The notes under the pieces: generated by a model
Told to the model about the DNA's origin: nothing
The model's database searches: none
The model's input: the letters and a program-made list of their open reading frames with translations, nothing else
Assembly (NCBI GenBank): GCA_963817895.1
Contig: CAWFQB010000002.1
Coordinates: 512,001-576,000, forward strand
DNA: 64,000 bases
Reading direction: 5' to 3'
DNA from: an uncultured Chthonomonadaceae bacterium
Lineage (GTDB): Bacteria > Armatimonadota > Chthonomonadetes > Chthonomonadales > Chthonomonadaceae
Position numbers and translations under genes: made by a program
Shown: piece after piece, positions 1 to 9,799 of the stretch
How positions within the stretch are numbered: position 1 is the first letter of the stretch
Layout of the letters: each line of letters begins with the position of its first letter

Positions 1-295
1 CCTGCCGCAGCAGGGCAAGCGCCTGTTGAATTTGCGGGTCATTGAGCGCGTGGCGCTTGAAAGTGAGGGTTACGTCGTCTTCGCGGATAGCGTCCAGCAG
101 TTTGTTGTTCTGAATCAGATCGCCTGCCTGTACCCAGTCTTCGTAGCCGTTTATGCCTGTTGGCGTTTTGAAAAGGGTGGGAAAGGAGGGTGGTTTGAGC
201 GGTTCCGGCGCATCCTGCGCGTGTGCCAGATGTAACAGCAACGACAGCAGGCAGATAGAAAACAGACTGACAACAATAGACGCGCGTAATTGCAT
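1..295 (-). CDS. Secreted hypothetical protein, 5' part (runs off window edge)
   Basis: Manual translation from ATG at 295: MQLRASIVVSLFSICLLSLLLHLAHAQDAPEP...NGYEDWVQAG; signal peptide ending AHA; no stop before the edge; absent from the ORF track. Confidence 0.7.
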   Translation of the reverse strand, partial: MQLRASIVVSLFSICLLSLLLHLAHAQDAPEPLKPPSFPTLFKTPTGINGYEDWVQAGDLIQNNKLLDAIREDDVTLTFKRHALNDPQIQQALALLRQ

Positions 296-394
296 GGCTT
301 GCCTCGTTTACAATGCTACGACAGTGTACATTTCCGATGAACTTCTGTCGGAACAGACGCGCATATCCTTGCCCGGTTTCGCCTTTGCTGTTCT

Positions 395-2774
395 CTATTT
401 TGTTCGGGCTTCTTCCCTTGCGCCGGTTGCGCGGTGCAGGGAAAGGATGTCGCCCAGGCCGTGCAGTTTCTTCATAATCAGGTCGAGATGTTCCGTGTTG
501 CGGACTTCGATGGCGAGTTCGAGCGTGGCGGTTTTGTCGCGGTGCGACTGCGTTTTGATGGCCGTGATGAACGTTTTGTTTTCGGCAAATACATTCGTCA
601 CGTCGGCAAGCAGGCCCGTGCGATCCAGTGTACTGAGGATGAGATAGACCTGATACACCTGCCCGTCGCTGCCGACATACTCGACCGGACTGGCAGCGAT
701 CCGGCTCGTTTTTGAGGTACTGCTGCGCGTTGGGACATTCGCGGCGGTGCAGCGCCATGCCCCGGCCCCGCGTGATATAGCCGATCACATCGTCGCCGGG
801 AATGGGCAGGCAGCAGCGCGAACGGCGGAAAAGCACGTTTTCGGCTTCCACGCCGCCCGCCGTGATGCGCAGTTTGCGGTCATCGGCGCGCTTGCTGCCC
901 AGTTTGAAGGCGGGTTCGGGCGTTTCGGGCGCGGGTTTCAGGCGGTTGAGAACCGTTGCGGCGGCAACCGTGCCGTAGCCGATGGAGGCCAGCAGTTCGA
1001 TCTCGGAGGGCATATTGAAGGAGGGGCGATAGCTGCGCAGCGACTCGTCTTTGATGCAGGTCGCGCGGGTTTTCGCCCCACGATTTGGCGTCGTGGGCCA
1101 GCTGGTTGTGCAGCTCTTTTTCCAGCAGTTCGCGCCCCGCCTGAATGTTTTCCGCATGGTGCAGCCGCTTGAAATACGCCTTGATCTTGCTTTTGGCGTG
1201 GGAGGTTTTGACGAAGGCGAGCCAGTCTCGGGAGGGGTTGGCGCTGGGACGGGTGATGATTTCCAGCACATCGCCGTTTTTGACCTGATAGGAGAGCGGA
1301 ACCAGGCGCCCGTTCACTTTGGCGCCCACGCAGTGATCGCCGACTGCGCTGTGAACGCGGTACGCGAAATCAATCGGGCTGCTGCTGGCGGGCAGGTCAA
1401 TCACGTCGCCTTTGGGGGTCATCACGAACACCTGATCGGTAAACAGGTCTTCCGTGATGTTGCGCATGAACTCGTTGGGGTCTTTGCTGTCGGCCTGCCA
1501 GTCGAACATCTGCTGGCGCAGAAACGACAGCCGGCGCTCGAACTGGTCGCTGGTTTTGCCGCCCTCTTTGTACTGCCAGTGCGCGGCGATGCCGAATTCC
1601 GCCGTGCGGTGCATCTCCCAGGTTCGTATCTGCACTTCCAGCGGCGTGCCGTTGGGGCCAAGCACTTTGATGTGCAGGGACTGGTACAGGTTGCTTTTGC
1701 TCTGCGCGATGTAGTCCGTGTACATGCCGGGGATGGGCTTCCACAGCGCGCTGACGATGCCGAGCGCGTGGTAGCATTCGGGGCGGGTATGGACGATGAC
1801 GCGCAGGGCGGTCAGGTCGTACAGGTCGGTGAACTCCAGCTTCTGCTGCTTCATCTTGTTGTAGATGCTGTACAGATGCTTGGGACGGCCTTTCACCTGC
1901 GCGTCAATGCCCGCCTCTTTGAGTTTCGCGCTCAGCAGCGGCAATGGCCTCGTCCACTTCGGCCTGCCGCTCGGCGCGGTTGCGGGCGACAAGCGCGGCG
2001 ATCTGCTGGTACTCTTCCGGCTCCACGTATTTGAAGGCGAGGTCTTCCAGCTGCCATTTCAGCTGCCAGATTCCCAGTCGGTGCGCGAGGGGGGCGAAGA
2101 TTTGCAGGGTTTCGGTCGCCATGCGGAACTGGCGGGCGGGAGAAAGCGCGCCCAGCGTCCGCATGTTGTGCAGGCGGTCGGCCAGTTTGATGACGATGAC
2201 GCGCAGGTCTTTCGCCATCGCCACAAAGATTTTGCGCAGGTTGGCGGCGTTCTTCGCCATGTCCGCCTGTTTTTTGCGGCGTTCGCGCAGGCCCTCGCTG
2301 AGTTCCTCGATCGTCTTCGGGTCGTCTCGTCCTTTTTCTTGCCCTCGTCCACGCCCGCGATTTGCAGTTTGGTGACGCCGTCCACCAGATGCGCCACTTC
2401 CGCCCCGAACTCCTGCGCCAATTGCTTCGGACGTGACGCCGCAATCCTCCACCACATCGTGCAGCAGTCCGGCGGCAAGCGTCTGCTCGTCCATCTCCAG
2501 ATCGGCCAGAATTTCGGTCACTTCGACGGGATGAATGATGTAGGGTTCGCCGCTGTTGCGCTTCTGCCCCTCGTGCGCTTGCCTGGCGCGCTCGAAAGCG
2601 CGGCGCACCAGGTCTACATCGGCCTGGGGGCGATGCTGCAGCAGACGCGCCACGATGCGCTCCATCGTGGCGGCAACAGCTTCCATGGCGGCGTGGGCGG
2701 AACACGGCGCGGCGTCTTCGGCGCGTCTTCGAGGGCATCCGTTCCAGCGCGGAACGGGGTGCAACTTGTGTCAT
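395..2774 (-). CDS. rel: Bifunctional (p)ppGpp synthetase/hydrolase, RelA/SpoT family (split by several frameshifts)
   Basis: HD domain (PYIIHP, LLHDVVED, KLADRLHNMRT) in 1904..2764; synthetase (GRPKHLYSI, YQSLH, EVQIRT, AAHWQYK) and TGS in 880..1992; Cys region (RCCLPIPGD) in 39..1271; ACT domain in 395..658. Start codon uncertain. Confidence 0.93.
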
Positions 2775-3186
2775 GTTAGCGTGGCTCCCTGCGACACAAT
2801 GCAATCTACAGTCAGGTGTTAGGTATTAGACTCTTCGGTGTTCGGGTCATTCAGACAGGATTGGCAAAAGGGCGCAAAACCGCAAATGGCACAAAGCAGG
2901 AACGGCCACGCTGACGTTCCTGCTCCCTGTCGCAAACCAATCCACCTGTAAGCGCGTCCTCACAATGGATGCAACGACGCTTTCCAATGGTCACATCTAA
3001 TGCTTTCTATGTAAAATTGGGACTTTCAGTATACCACGAATCGTCACGGGAAAAGTTCGCTCCTCATATTGCAACGAACAGTATGTCATGGGTTGTAAAA
3101 GGGTACAATCACAGTGTATGCAAGTGGATTAACCTGCCGCAAGCAGTTTCTCAATATATTTTCATCTCCGAAATCGGCGCTTACTT

Positions 3187-4589
3187 ATGATTACCAGACT
3201 TAAAATATCAGGCTTCAAGTCATTTCAAGACTTTGACATGGAATTCAGTCCGTTCACCGTCGTGGCAGGCATTAATGCGTCAGGCAAGAGCAATTTGTTT
3301 GATGCGCTGCAACTTTTGGCGCGACTTGCTGAAACCGACCTCAAAACTGCATTTGGAGAGCAGAGGGGAGAAGCCTTTGAACTCTTTACGCAGTACGGCA
3401 AAGATATATTCGCGGATGAAATGCGCTTTGAGACAGAGTTGCTCGTCAGCCAGAAACGTCCGACAACTGGGGGGATAAGGCCGAACTGAAATATACCCGG
3501 CTCCGTTATTATCTTGTAATCAAGCGCCGAACAAATGATTCGGGCTTTGAAACGCTTACCGTCGAAGATGAAAGGTTGGAGACGATAAAGTTGGATGAAG
3601 ATGTTTGGGTACGCGCATATATACCGAAGGAGTTCCTGCATCATTGGCGTCCCAAGGTTGTAACCGGAAAAAGAAGACGTGACGCGCCGTATATTTATCG
3701 GGAGTCAGAAGGACGAAAAGCCTTCAAAATTCCACAAGATGGCAAATCGGGTGGAAAGGAAAGGTTGGGCAATGCAGTAGGGCAAACGAATCTGAGCAGT
3801 ATAAATTCCGTAGAATTCCCGCACGCCTTCGCTGCGCGGGAAGAGATGCGAAGCTGGAAGTTTCTCCAACTTAATCCAGAGGATTTACGGACACCAACGC
3901 GACAAGGACCGAATACGGACGATCAAATTACTCAAACAGGGCAAAATATGGCCGCTGCCCTATTTCGGATTCAGCGCAGCGATCCCTATGCGCTGACGGA
4001 AATATCGCGTGACCTGAATAAGTTTCTGCCAAACTTCGTAGAGGTTGAATCCTTCGATGATCGAAACAATCGCCAGTTTATTATCAAACTGAAGAATGAG
4101 GATGGGCGGGAATTTACCTCTCGAACGCTTTCTGAGGGTACTTTGCGTCTGCTGGCACTTTGCATTCTGCTTCACGATGAGCGGCATCAAGGGCTGCTTT
4201 GCTTCGAGGAACCAGAAAATGGTATCCATCCGGGCCGAATTGATGCCGCGCTGGAATTGCTGATTGGTCTTAGCGTTAATTTTACCCAGACAGAACAGCC
4301 ACTGCGTCAGATCATAGTAAATACACATTCGCCTATTCTCGTCGGAGCAACATTAAGGTGGGAAAATGACCGGCGCGTGAGTGTATGGCTGTCGCAACTT
4401 GTGACGCTGGTGCAGAATATAGAAGATAGGCGCATGAAGGTGGGAGTGACCAAAATGCTGCCCGTCGAAAAGCCTTCGCAGACAACACTTACATTCTCGG
4501 ATACAGAAAACAAATGGACGCGGGAGCGTGTCCGAGAGTATCTAAATACTGTTGGATTGGAAGGACTGGCAAGCGGGGAGGCCGCTTGA
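3187..4589 (+). CDS. ABC/AAA_21-type ATPase (one frameshift near 3460)
   Basis: Walker A GINASGKS in 3187..3489; signature LSEGTLR, Walker B CFEEPENGIHP and H-loop NTHS in 3576..4589; the second frame is open from about 3460. Confidence 0.88.
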
Positions 4590-5248
4590 TGATCCACAAT
4601 GTCCTTGCAGGATTTTTCGCGGAAGGGAATACAGATCATCGGTTTCTCGGCACGGTGATAAGGCGCGTGTTTGAGAACGTCGCGCTTGAATTCAATGATC
4701 CAGTCGAAATTCTGGATGTTGTGCGTCTGGATTCTTCCGCCGGTGGATTTGTGGAACAGGCTGTAGATGTCGCTCGGCGCGGCTTGTTTGATTACGGCAT
4801 ATCCGTGCTGTGTATTCATACGGATGCTGATCAGGAAACCAACGCCGTTGCTATGGCAAACAAAATCAACCCGGCTTTGCAGGTCATCGCATCTGCTGAC
4901 GATGTATGTAAAATTATTGTGCCTGTGATACCGGTTCATATGATGGAAGCGTGGATGCTGGCAGACACCGAGTTGCTGAAAAAGCAGATTGGCTCCCCAA
5001 AGACGGACCAACAACTCGGCCTCCATCGCCACCCGGAAACAATAGCCAATCCAAAAGCCGTGATTGAAGAGGCTATTCGCATAGCGCGAGAGGACATGCC
5101 CAAACGCAGGCGTACTGAACTCAAACGCAACGATCTGTACCAGCCGATTGGCAGCGCGATTTCGTTAGATAAACTGGCCTATCTTCCCTCCTATCAGGTA
5201 TTCTGTGAGAACGCGCGGCAGGCATTTCGCGCTTTGAACATATATTAG
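4589..5248 (+). CDS. DUF4276/RloB-like TOPRIM-fold protein
   Basis: TGATG stop/start overlap with the ATPase; motifs FAEGNTD, HTDAD, MEAWMLAD. Confidence 0.75.
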   Translation: MIHNVLAGFFAEGNTDHRFLGTVIRRVFENVALEFNDPVEILDVVRLDSSAGGFVEQAVDVARRGLFDYGISVLCIHTDADQETNAVAMANKINPALQVIASADDVCKIIVPVIPVHMMEAWMLADTELLKKQIGSPKTDQQLGLHRHPETIANPKAVIEEAIRIAREDMPKRRRTELKRNDLYQPIGSAISLDKLAYLPSYQVFCENARQAFRALNIY

Positions 5249-5260
5249 CGCGTAAATACG

Positions 5261-6550
5261 TTATACGCTGATTAATGCTGCTTCGCCCGCCACATGTCCG
5301 GTACTCCAGGCGGCTTGCAGATTGTAGCCGCCGACCGGGCCGGCTATGTCCAGAATCTCGCCGCACAGATATAGCCCCTTCACGATTTTCGACTCCATTG
5401 TTTGCGGATTCACTTCGTCGAAACTCACGCCGCCCGCGACCACTTCGCCCCGTTCCAACGGCACGCTGCGGACGCCGCCGAGCGGCCAGCCTTTGAGGAT
5501 GCTGACGGCGCGGTTCAGGGCTTTGGCGGACAGGTGCGCCCCCCGCGTTTGTGGGTCCGCGCCGATAGCGGCCATCAGGGGTGTCACTAAGCTGTCGGGA
5601 ACGTAGCGGGCGGTGACGCTGCCCAGCGTTTTGCGCGGATTGGTTTGCAGTTCCGTCCGCAATTGGGTTTGCAGCAGCTCGAAAGGCACGTCCGGCGTTA
5701 AGTCCACTTCCACAAGCCCGCCCTGCGCGACACCAACCGCCATACGCTCGGCGATTTCGCGCGACACGCCCAGCGCGCACGGCCCGGACACGCCCTTGTG
5801 CGTGAACAGCAGGTCGCCCCGCCAATGCGCGTACTCCTTGCCGCCCGTTCCCATTCGCGCCTTCAACGCCACATCCCGCAACGCTATGCCCGACCAATCC
5901 GGCTGTACGTCCGCAAGATACAGGGGCGCAAGCGCGGCCCGCAATGGCACAAGCGTATGCCCCATTTCCGCCGCCCAACGCCAGCCGTCGCCCGTTGTTC
6001 CCGTTGCCGGATACGAGGAACCGCCGACCGCGACAATCACCCGGCTTGCGGGCTGTATCCGCTCCCCAATCCGTACCCCCGCAATCTGCCCCTTTTCGCA
6101 AACCAATCCATTCACCGCCGCGTTCATCACAATGTGTACGCCCGTTTTGCGTACCGCCCGTTCCAGAACGGCAACGACATCTTTGGCGTTGGCAGGCTCG
6201 ACGGGAAACACGCGGCCATCGGGACGAACATACGTTTCCATCCCCTCGCAATGCAGAATGTCCAGAAAGTCGTCGTTCGTGAAGCGGTAAAAGGAGGGCT
6301 TCAGAAACCGCGCTTCGTTGGGGCGAAAGGCGGCGCGAACCTCCTCCATCGTTCCGGCATGGGTCAGGTTGCACTTGCCGCCACCTGAAATCAGAATTTT
6401 CATGCCCACGCGGTCATTCTTTTCCAGCAGCGTGACCTGTGATCCGCCCTCCGCCGCGCGTTTCGCCGCTAACAGTCCCGCCGCGCCCGCGCCGACGACA
6501 AGAACGCTGTTCGCCTGCCTGCTGTTGGTTTTGTTTTTTTGTGCTGCCAT
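5261..6550 (-). CDS. NAD(P)/FAD-dependent oxidoreductase, HI0933/YhiN/BaiN family
   Basis: VGAGAAGL, KILISGGGKCNLT, GGSSYPATGTTGDG, GEILDIAGPVGGYNLQAAWSTG. Confidence 0.92.
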   Translation of the reverse strand: MAAQKNKTNSRQANSVLVVGAGAAGLLAAKRAAEGGSQVTLLEKNDRVGMKILISGGGKCNLTHAGTMEEVRAAFRPNEARFLKPSFYRFTNDDFLDILHCEGMETYVRPDGRVFPVEPANAKDVVAVLERAVRKTGVHIVMNAAVNGLVCEKGQIAGVRIGERIQPASRVIVAVGGSSYPATGTTGDGWRWAAEMGHTLVPLRAALAPLYLADVQPDWSGIALRDVALKARMGTGGKEYAHWRGDLLFTHKGVSGPCALGVSREIAERMAVGVAQGGLVEVDLTPDVPFELLQTQLRTELQTNPRKTLGSVTARYVPDSLVTPLMAAIGADPQTRGAHLSAKALNRAVSILKGWPLGGVRSVPLERGEVVAGGVSFDEVNPQTMESKIVKGLYLCGEILDIAGPVGGYNLQAAWSTGHVAGEAALISV

Positions 6551-6617
6551 ACCCTATTATACTCTGTGTCGGGTCAGGAAACAGGTGTGCCGATCACGCC
6601 GAAAGTACGCCTGTGTG

Positions 6618-6626
6618 TGTTATAAT
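6618..6626 (+). promoter_or_regulatory. Extended -10 element (TGnTATAAT)
   Basis: TGTTATAAT just upstream of the 6641 ORF; the same motif occurs at 9072, 11898 and 50952. Confidence 0.5.
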
Positions 6627-6640
6627 TCACCTGAAGAGCT

Positions 6641-9046
6641 ATGTTTCATCCAGTGAAGGCAACGTATGTGTTTAACCGCAACCCTCAACTCTCAACCCTC
6701 ATCCTGCTACTCCTGCTGCTGTCCGGCACGCCTGCTCGCGCAGAAACAACGAGACCGGAATTGCGCGCGTTCTGGGCCGACGGCTTCAACGAAGGCTACA
6801 AAACTCCGCAGCAGATAGATACGCTGCTTCAGCGCCTGCACGACGCGCATTGCAACGCCGTGTTCGCGCAGATGCGCAAGGGCGGCGACGCTTACTACGC
6901 TTCCCGTTACGAACCCTGGGCGACGGATGATACCGAGCATTTCGACGCCCTTGCCTGCCTGATTGACAAAGCGCATAAAATGCAGCCGCGCATTGCCGTT
7001 CACGCCTGGATCAATACCTGCGCGGTCGGAACGGGCGCGAAGCATCCCGGTTTTCACATCGCGCAACTGCACCCGGAATGGATGTCCATCAACGCGCGAG
7101 GACGGGCGGACGACGGCGAAGCGCGCAAAATTGATCCCGGCAACCCCGACGCGGCAGACTGGACATTCCGCCTGTATCTGGATGTTGTCCGGCATTATGA
7201 TGTGGACGGCATCCATTTCGATTTTGTCCGCTACGGCAGTCCCCGCTTCGGCTACAATCCGGCCAGCGTACAGCGGTTTCGCGCCCGTTCCGCAGCAAAT
7301 ACCGTTCTGCCCTCTGCCCCGGCTTCTAACGATCCTTTATGGAAGCAATGGCGGCGCGATCAGGTAACAAATCTCGTACGGAAAGTGTACGCCCACGCGG
7401 TTGCCCTCAAGCCGCAAATTGTTGTTTCCGCCGCAACCATCGCGTGGAGCAACGGCCCGCATAACGAAGAGGAGTGGCGGCAGAAATCGGCGGCGATGAA
7501 TCAGGTGTTTCAGGACTGGCGGAGCTGGCTACAGGAGGGCGACATTGATCTGGCCTGTCCCATGACGTATTTTGGCGGCAAACGAGGACTGGAATACGAG
7601 CGGACGTGGAGCGCGTGGATTAAAGCGCATCAGTACGAACGCGCCGCTACCATCGCGGTCGGCAACTGGCAACTGCTGCCGGAGCAGACGCTGGCGCAAA
7701 TGCGTATCGCCCGCGCCCCGGACGCGCAGGGGCATACTCCCTACGGCGTGATGCTGTACTCCTACGCGGGAACCAATCTGGGCGCGAAACCAGGCAAACC
7801 CGACCTGCATGAACTGGAACTACAGCCCGACTTTTACACCCTGCTGAGTCACCCCTCCGCGTATGCGCCGGTTCCGCCCTTCCTCAATGACGTGGTTGCG
7901 CCGCCTATGCTCTGGAAGACGCAGCCGACAACAGGCATCCTCAAAGGCTTTGTACGCGATACAAACCTGCAACCCTCGGACGGGGCGCGGGTTGTCAGCA
8001 CGTCTGCCCGGACCGGTAAACAATACATTCGGCAAACGGACGGGACTGGATTTTACGCGTTTCTCAATCTGCCGCCGGATACCTATACGGTACAGGCGTC
8101 AACACGCAATTACGATGTTGTCAGCGTAATCAAACGGCAGCAGGTAAGCGTACAATCCGGCAAAGCGACAACCTGCCAGATAAACGCGCCTGATGCTAAA
8201 GTGCTGTCTAATACCTCGACGCCCCCGCAAACGCTGGACAGCGTACAGGCAGCCGCGCAACTTGCCCAATCCGCGCCCCAGCCTTCCGCTTCCTCAGCCC
8301 AACCCGTAGTGACAACGCAAACGGCGGGAAAAGCGCGGCTGCGCAATCTGAACGTCGTAATAGGAACGGACACCTATCCCGGCAATCTGTATGCGCGCGA
8401 AATTGGGGACAAAACAGGATTGTGCCTGCGTATTCGCCTGAGCCTCCCACCCCTGCTGCCGTTTCAGCCAGGCGACGTTATAGATGTTTTGGGTACGCCC
8501 GCCCTGATAGACGGCGAACCCGGCCTCGACAACGCCAACGCCTGCCTGAACGACATCGCTCTGGAAACCGAACCCGCGCCGGTTCCCCTTGTGCCGCTGA
8601 GTAATTTCACCGGTTATGCGTCCGCCAATCACGACTTTGCGCGTGTGCGGGGAGTTGTATCGCAATCCGGCGCAGACGGCTTCACATTGACGCCGGAAAA
8701 AACAAACGACGCGACGGCTACCGCGCAAGTTCGCGTACCACTTTCCGGGCGCAAAGATTTCGGCGTGGAAGCGGGCGGATGGACTGCCGTTCCGCCTCGC
8801 GTCGGTTCGATTGTGGAAGTCACCGGGCTGATGACAACCGGCCTGTCAACTCCAAACCAAACCGTCCAATTTCGCCTGTTGCCACGCGGTTCGGCGGACA
8901 TTACGTTAATTGCGCCGCCGTCAACACCCACTCCTGCCGGATGGTTCAAGACGATTTACGTTGTGTCTGGTCTGCTGCTTCTGGCACTGTGGCTCAGACG
9001 AAAACGCTTATGCCGCCTGTTCGCCAAGCCAAACAAGAAGCCGTAA
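6641..9046 (+). CDS. Secreted glycosyl hydrolase-like 10 (YddW/DigH-type) protein with carboxypeptidase-regulatory-like domain and C-terminal membrane anchor
   Basis: Signal peptide; ELRAFW, VHAWIN, YDVDGIHFDFVRY, WRRDQV, QDWRSWLQEG; TDGTGFYAFLNLPPDTY; C-terminal hydrophobic helix followed by RRKR. Confidence 0.85.
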   Translation: MFHPVKATYVFNRNPQLSTLILLLLLLSGTPARAETTRPELRAFWADGFNEGYKTPQQIDTLLQRLHDAHCNAVFAQMRKGGDAYYASRYEPWATDDTEHFDALACLIDKAHKMQPRIAVHAWINTCAVGTGAKHPGFHIAQLHPEWMSINARGRADDGEARKIDPGNPDAADWTFRLYLDVVRHYDVDGIHFDFVRYGSPRFGYNPASVQRFRARSAANTVLPSAPASNDPLWKQWRRDQVTNLVRKVYAHAVALKPQIVVSAATIAWSNGPHNEEEWRQKSAAMNQVFQDWRSWLQEGDIDLACPMTYFGGKRGLEYERTWSAWIKAHQYERAATIAVGNWQLLPEQTLAQMRIARAPDAQGHTPYGVMLYSYAGTNLGAKPGKPDLHELELQPDFYTLLSHPSAYAPVPPFLNDVVAPPMLWKTQPTTGILKGFVRDTNLQPSDGARVVSTSARTGKQYIRQTDGTGFYAFLNLPPDTYTVQASTRNYDVVSVIKRQQVSVQSGKATTCQINAPDAKVLSNTSTPPQTLDSVQAAAQLAQSAPQPSASSAQPVVTTQTAGKARLRNLNVVIGTDTYPGNLYAREIGDKTGLCLRIRLSLPPLLPFQPGDVIDVLGTPALIDGEPGLDNANACLNDIALETEPAPVPLVPLSNFTGYASANHDFARVRGVVSQSGADGFTLTPEKTNDATATAQVRVPLSGRKDFGVEAGGWTAVPPRVGSIVEVTGLMTTGLSTPNQTVQFRLLPRGSADITLIAPPSTPTPAGWFKTIYVVSGLLLLALWLRRKRLCRLFAKPNKKP

Positions 9047-9168
9047 AAGGCCGTTTGCGCCATCATACCTGTGCTATAATTGGACAAGACTGAAACATGT
9101 TTCTGAGATTTTGTGCTTCCTATCCGTTCAAGGAGGATTGAGTTACGTCCAACCGGGCTATTTTACCC

Positions 9169-9737
9169 ATGCGCGAAGACGGGTTAGCGCGTAAGAAGTG
9201 GAGCGTCTGTGAGTGTCGCTTCCTGACCGATAACGGCCTGCTCGAACCCGGCATGTACGAACTGATTGAAGGGGAGATTGTTTACAAAATGGGGCAGTCG
9301 CGTCCACACATTATTACCATATCGCACATTATCAGAGTTCTGGCGCTTATTTTCGGCCTTGAATCCCTGCAAAATCAGGCTCAAATCGGCATCGGCGAAC
9401 GCGATGAGTCAACGACCCGGAACCCGATGTTGCCGTCCTTCGTGGAAGCGTGGACGATTATCCTGACCGCGAACCCGACCCGGCAACCGAAGTTCTCCTC
9501 CTCGTGGAAGCGGCCAACAGCAGCGTGAAAGGCGATACGACGGTGAAAGCCGCCATCTATGCGCGGCACGGCCTGCCTGAATACTGGGTTGTCGCCATTC
9601 CCACCCGGCAGCTTATCGTACACCGTCAGCCAACCGCCGAAGGGTACGCGGATGTGCAGACTTATAAAGCAAACGCGATTGTCTCCCCGCTTGCCCGTCC
9701 CGATGCCTCGGTTCGCGTTGCCGATTTATTGCCCTGA
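9169..9737 (+). CDS. Uma2 family endonuclease (frameshift near 9410)
   Basis: YELIEGEIVYKMGQSRPH; LLVEAANSS, KAAIYARHGLPEYWVV. Confidence 0.85.
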
Positions 9738-9744
9738 TGTTCCA

Positions 9745-9777
9745 ACAGGCGCGTTCTTGATATAAGAACGCGCCTGT
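9745..9777. terminator. Hairpin between convergent genes
   Basis: ACAGGCGCGTTCTT / AAGAACGCGCCTGT perfect 14-bp stem. Confidence 0.6.
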
Positions 9778-9799
9778 CGTTGAATCAAATGTCGGACTA

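Noticed and set aside
1051..2779. Long + strand ORFs opposite rel (similar ones lie opposite trpE, prc, Clp1 and others)
   Set aside because: Antisense shadows of GC-rich genes with no recognisable motifs.
9169..9737. Uma2 genes as a defence system or programmed frameshift
   Set aside because: Uma2 paralogs are commonly scattered in such genomes, and the break fits the window-wide indel pattern.
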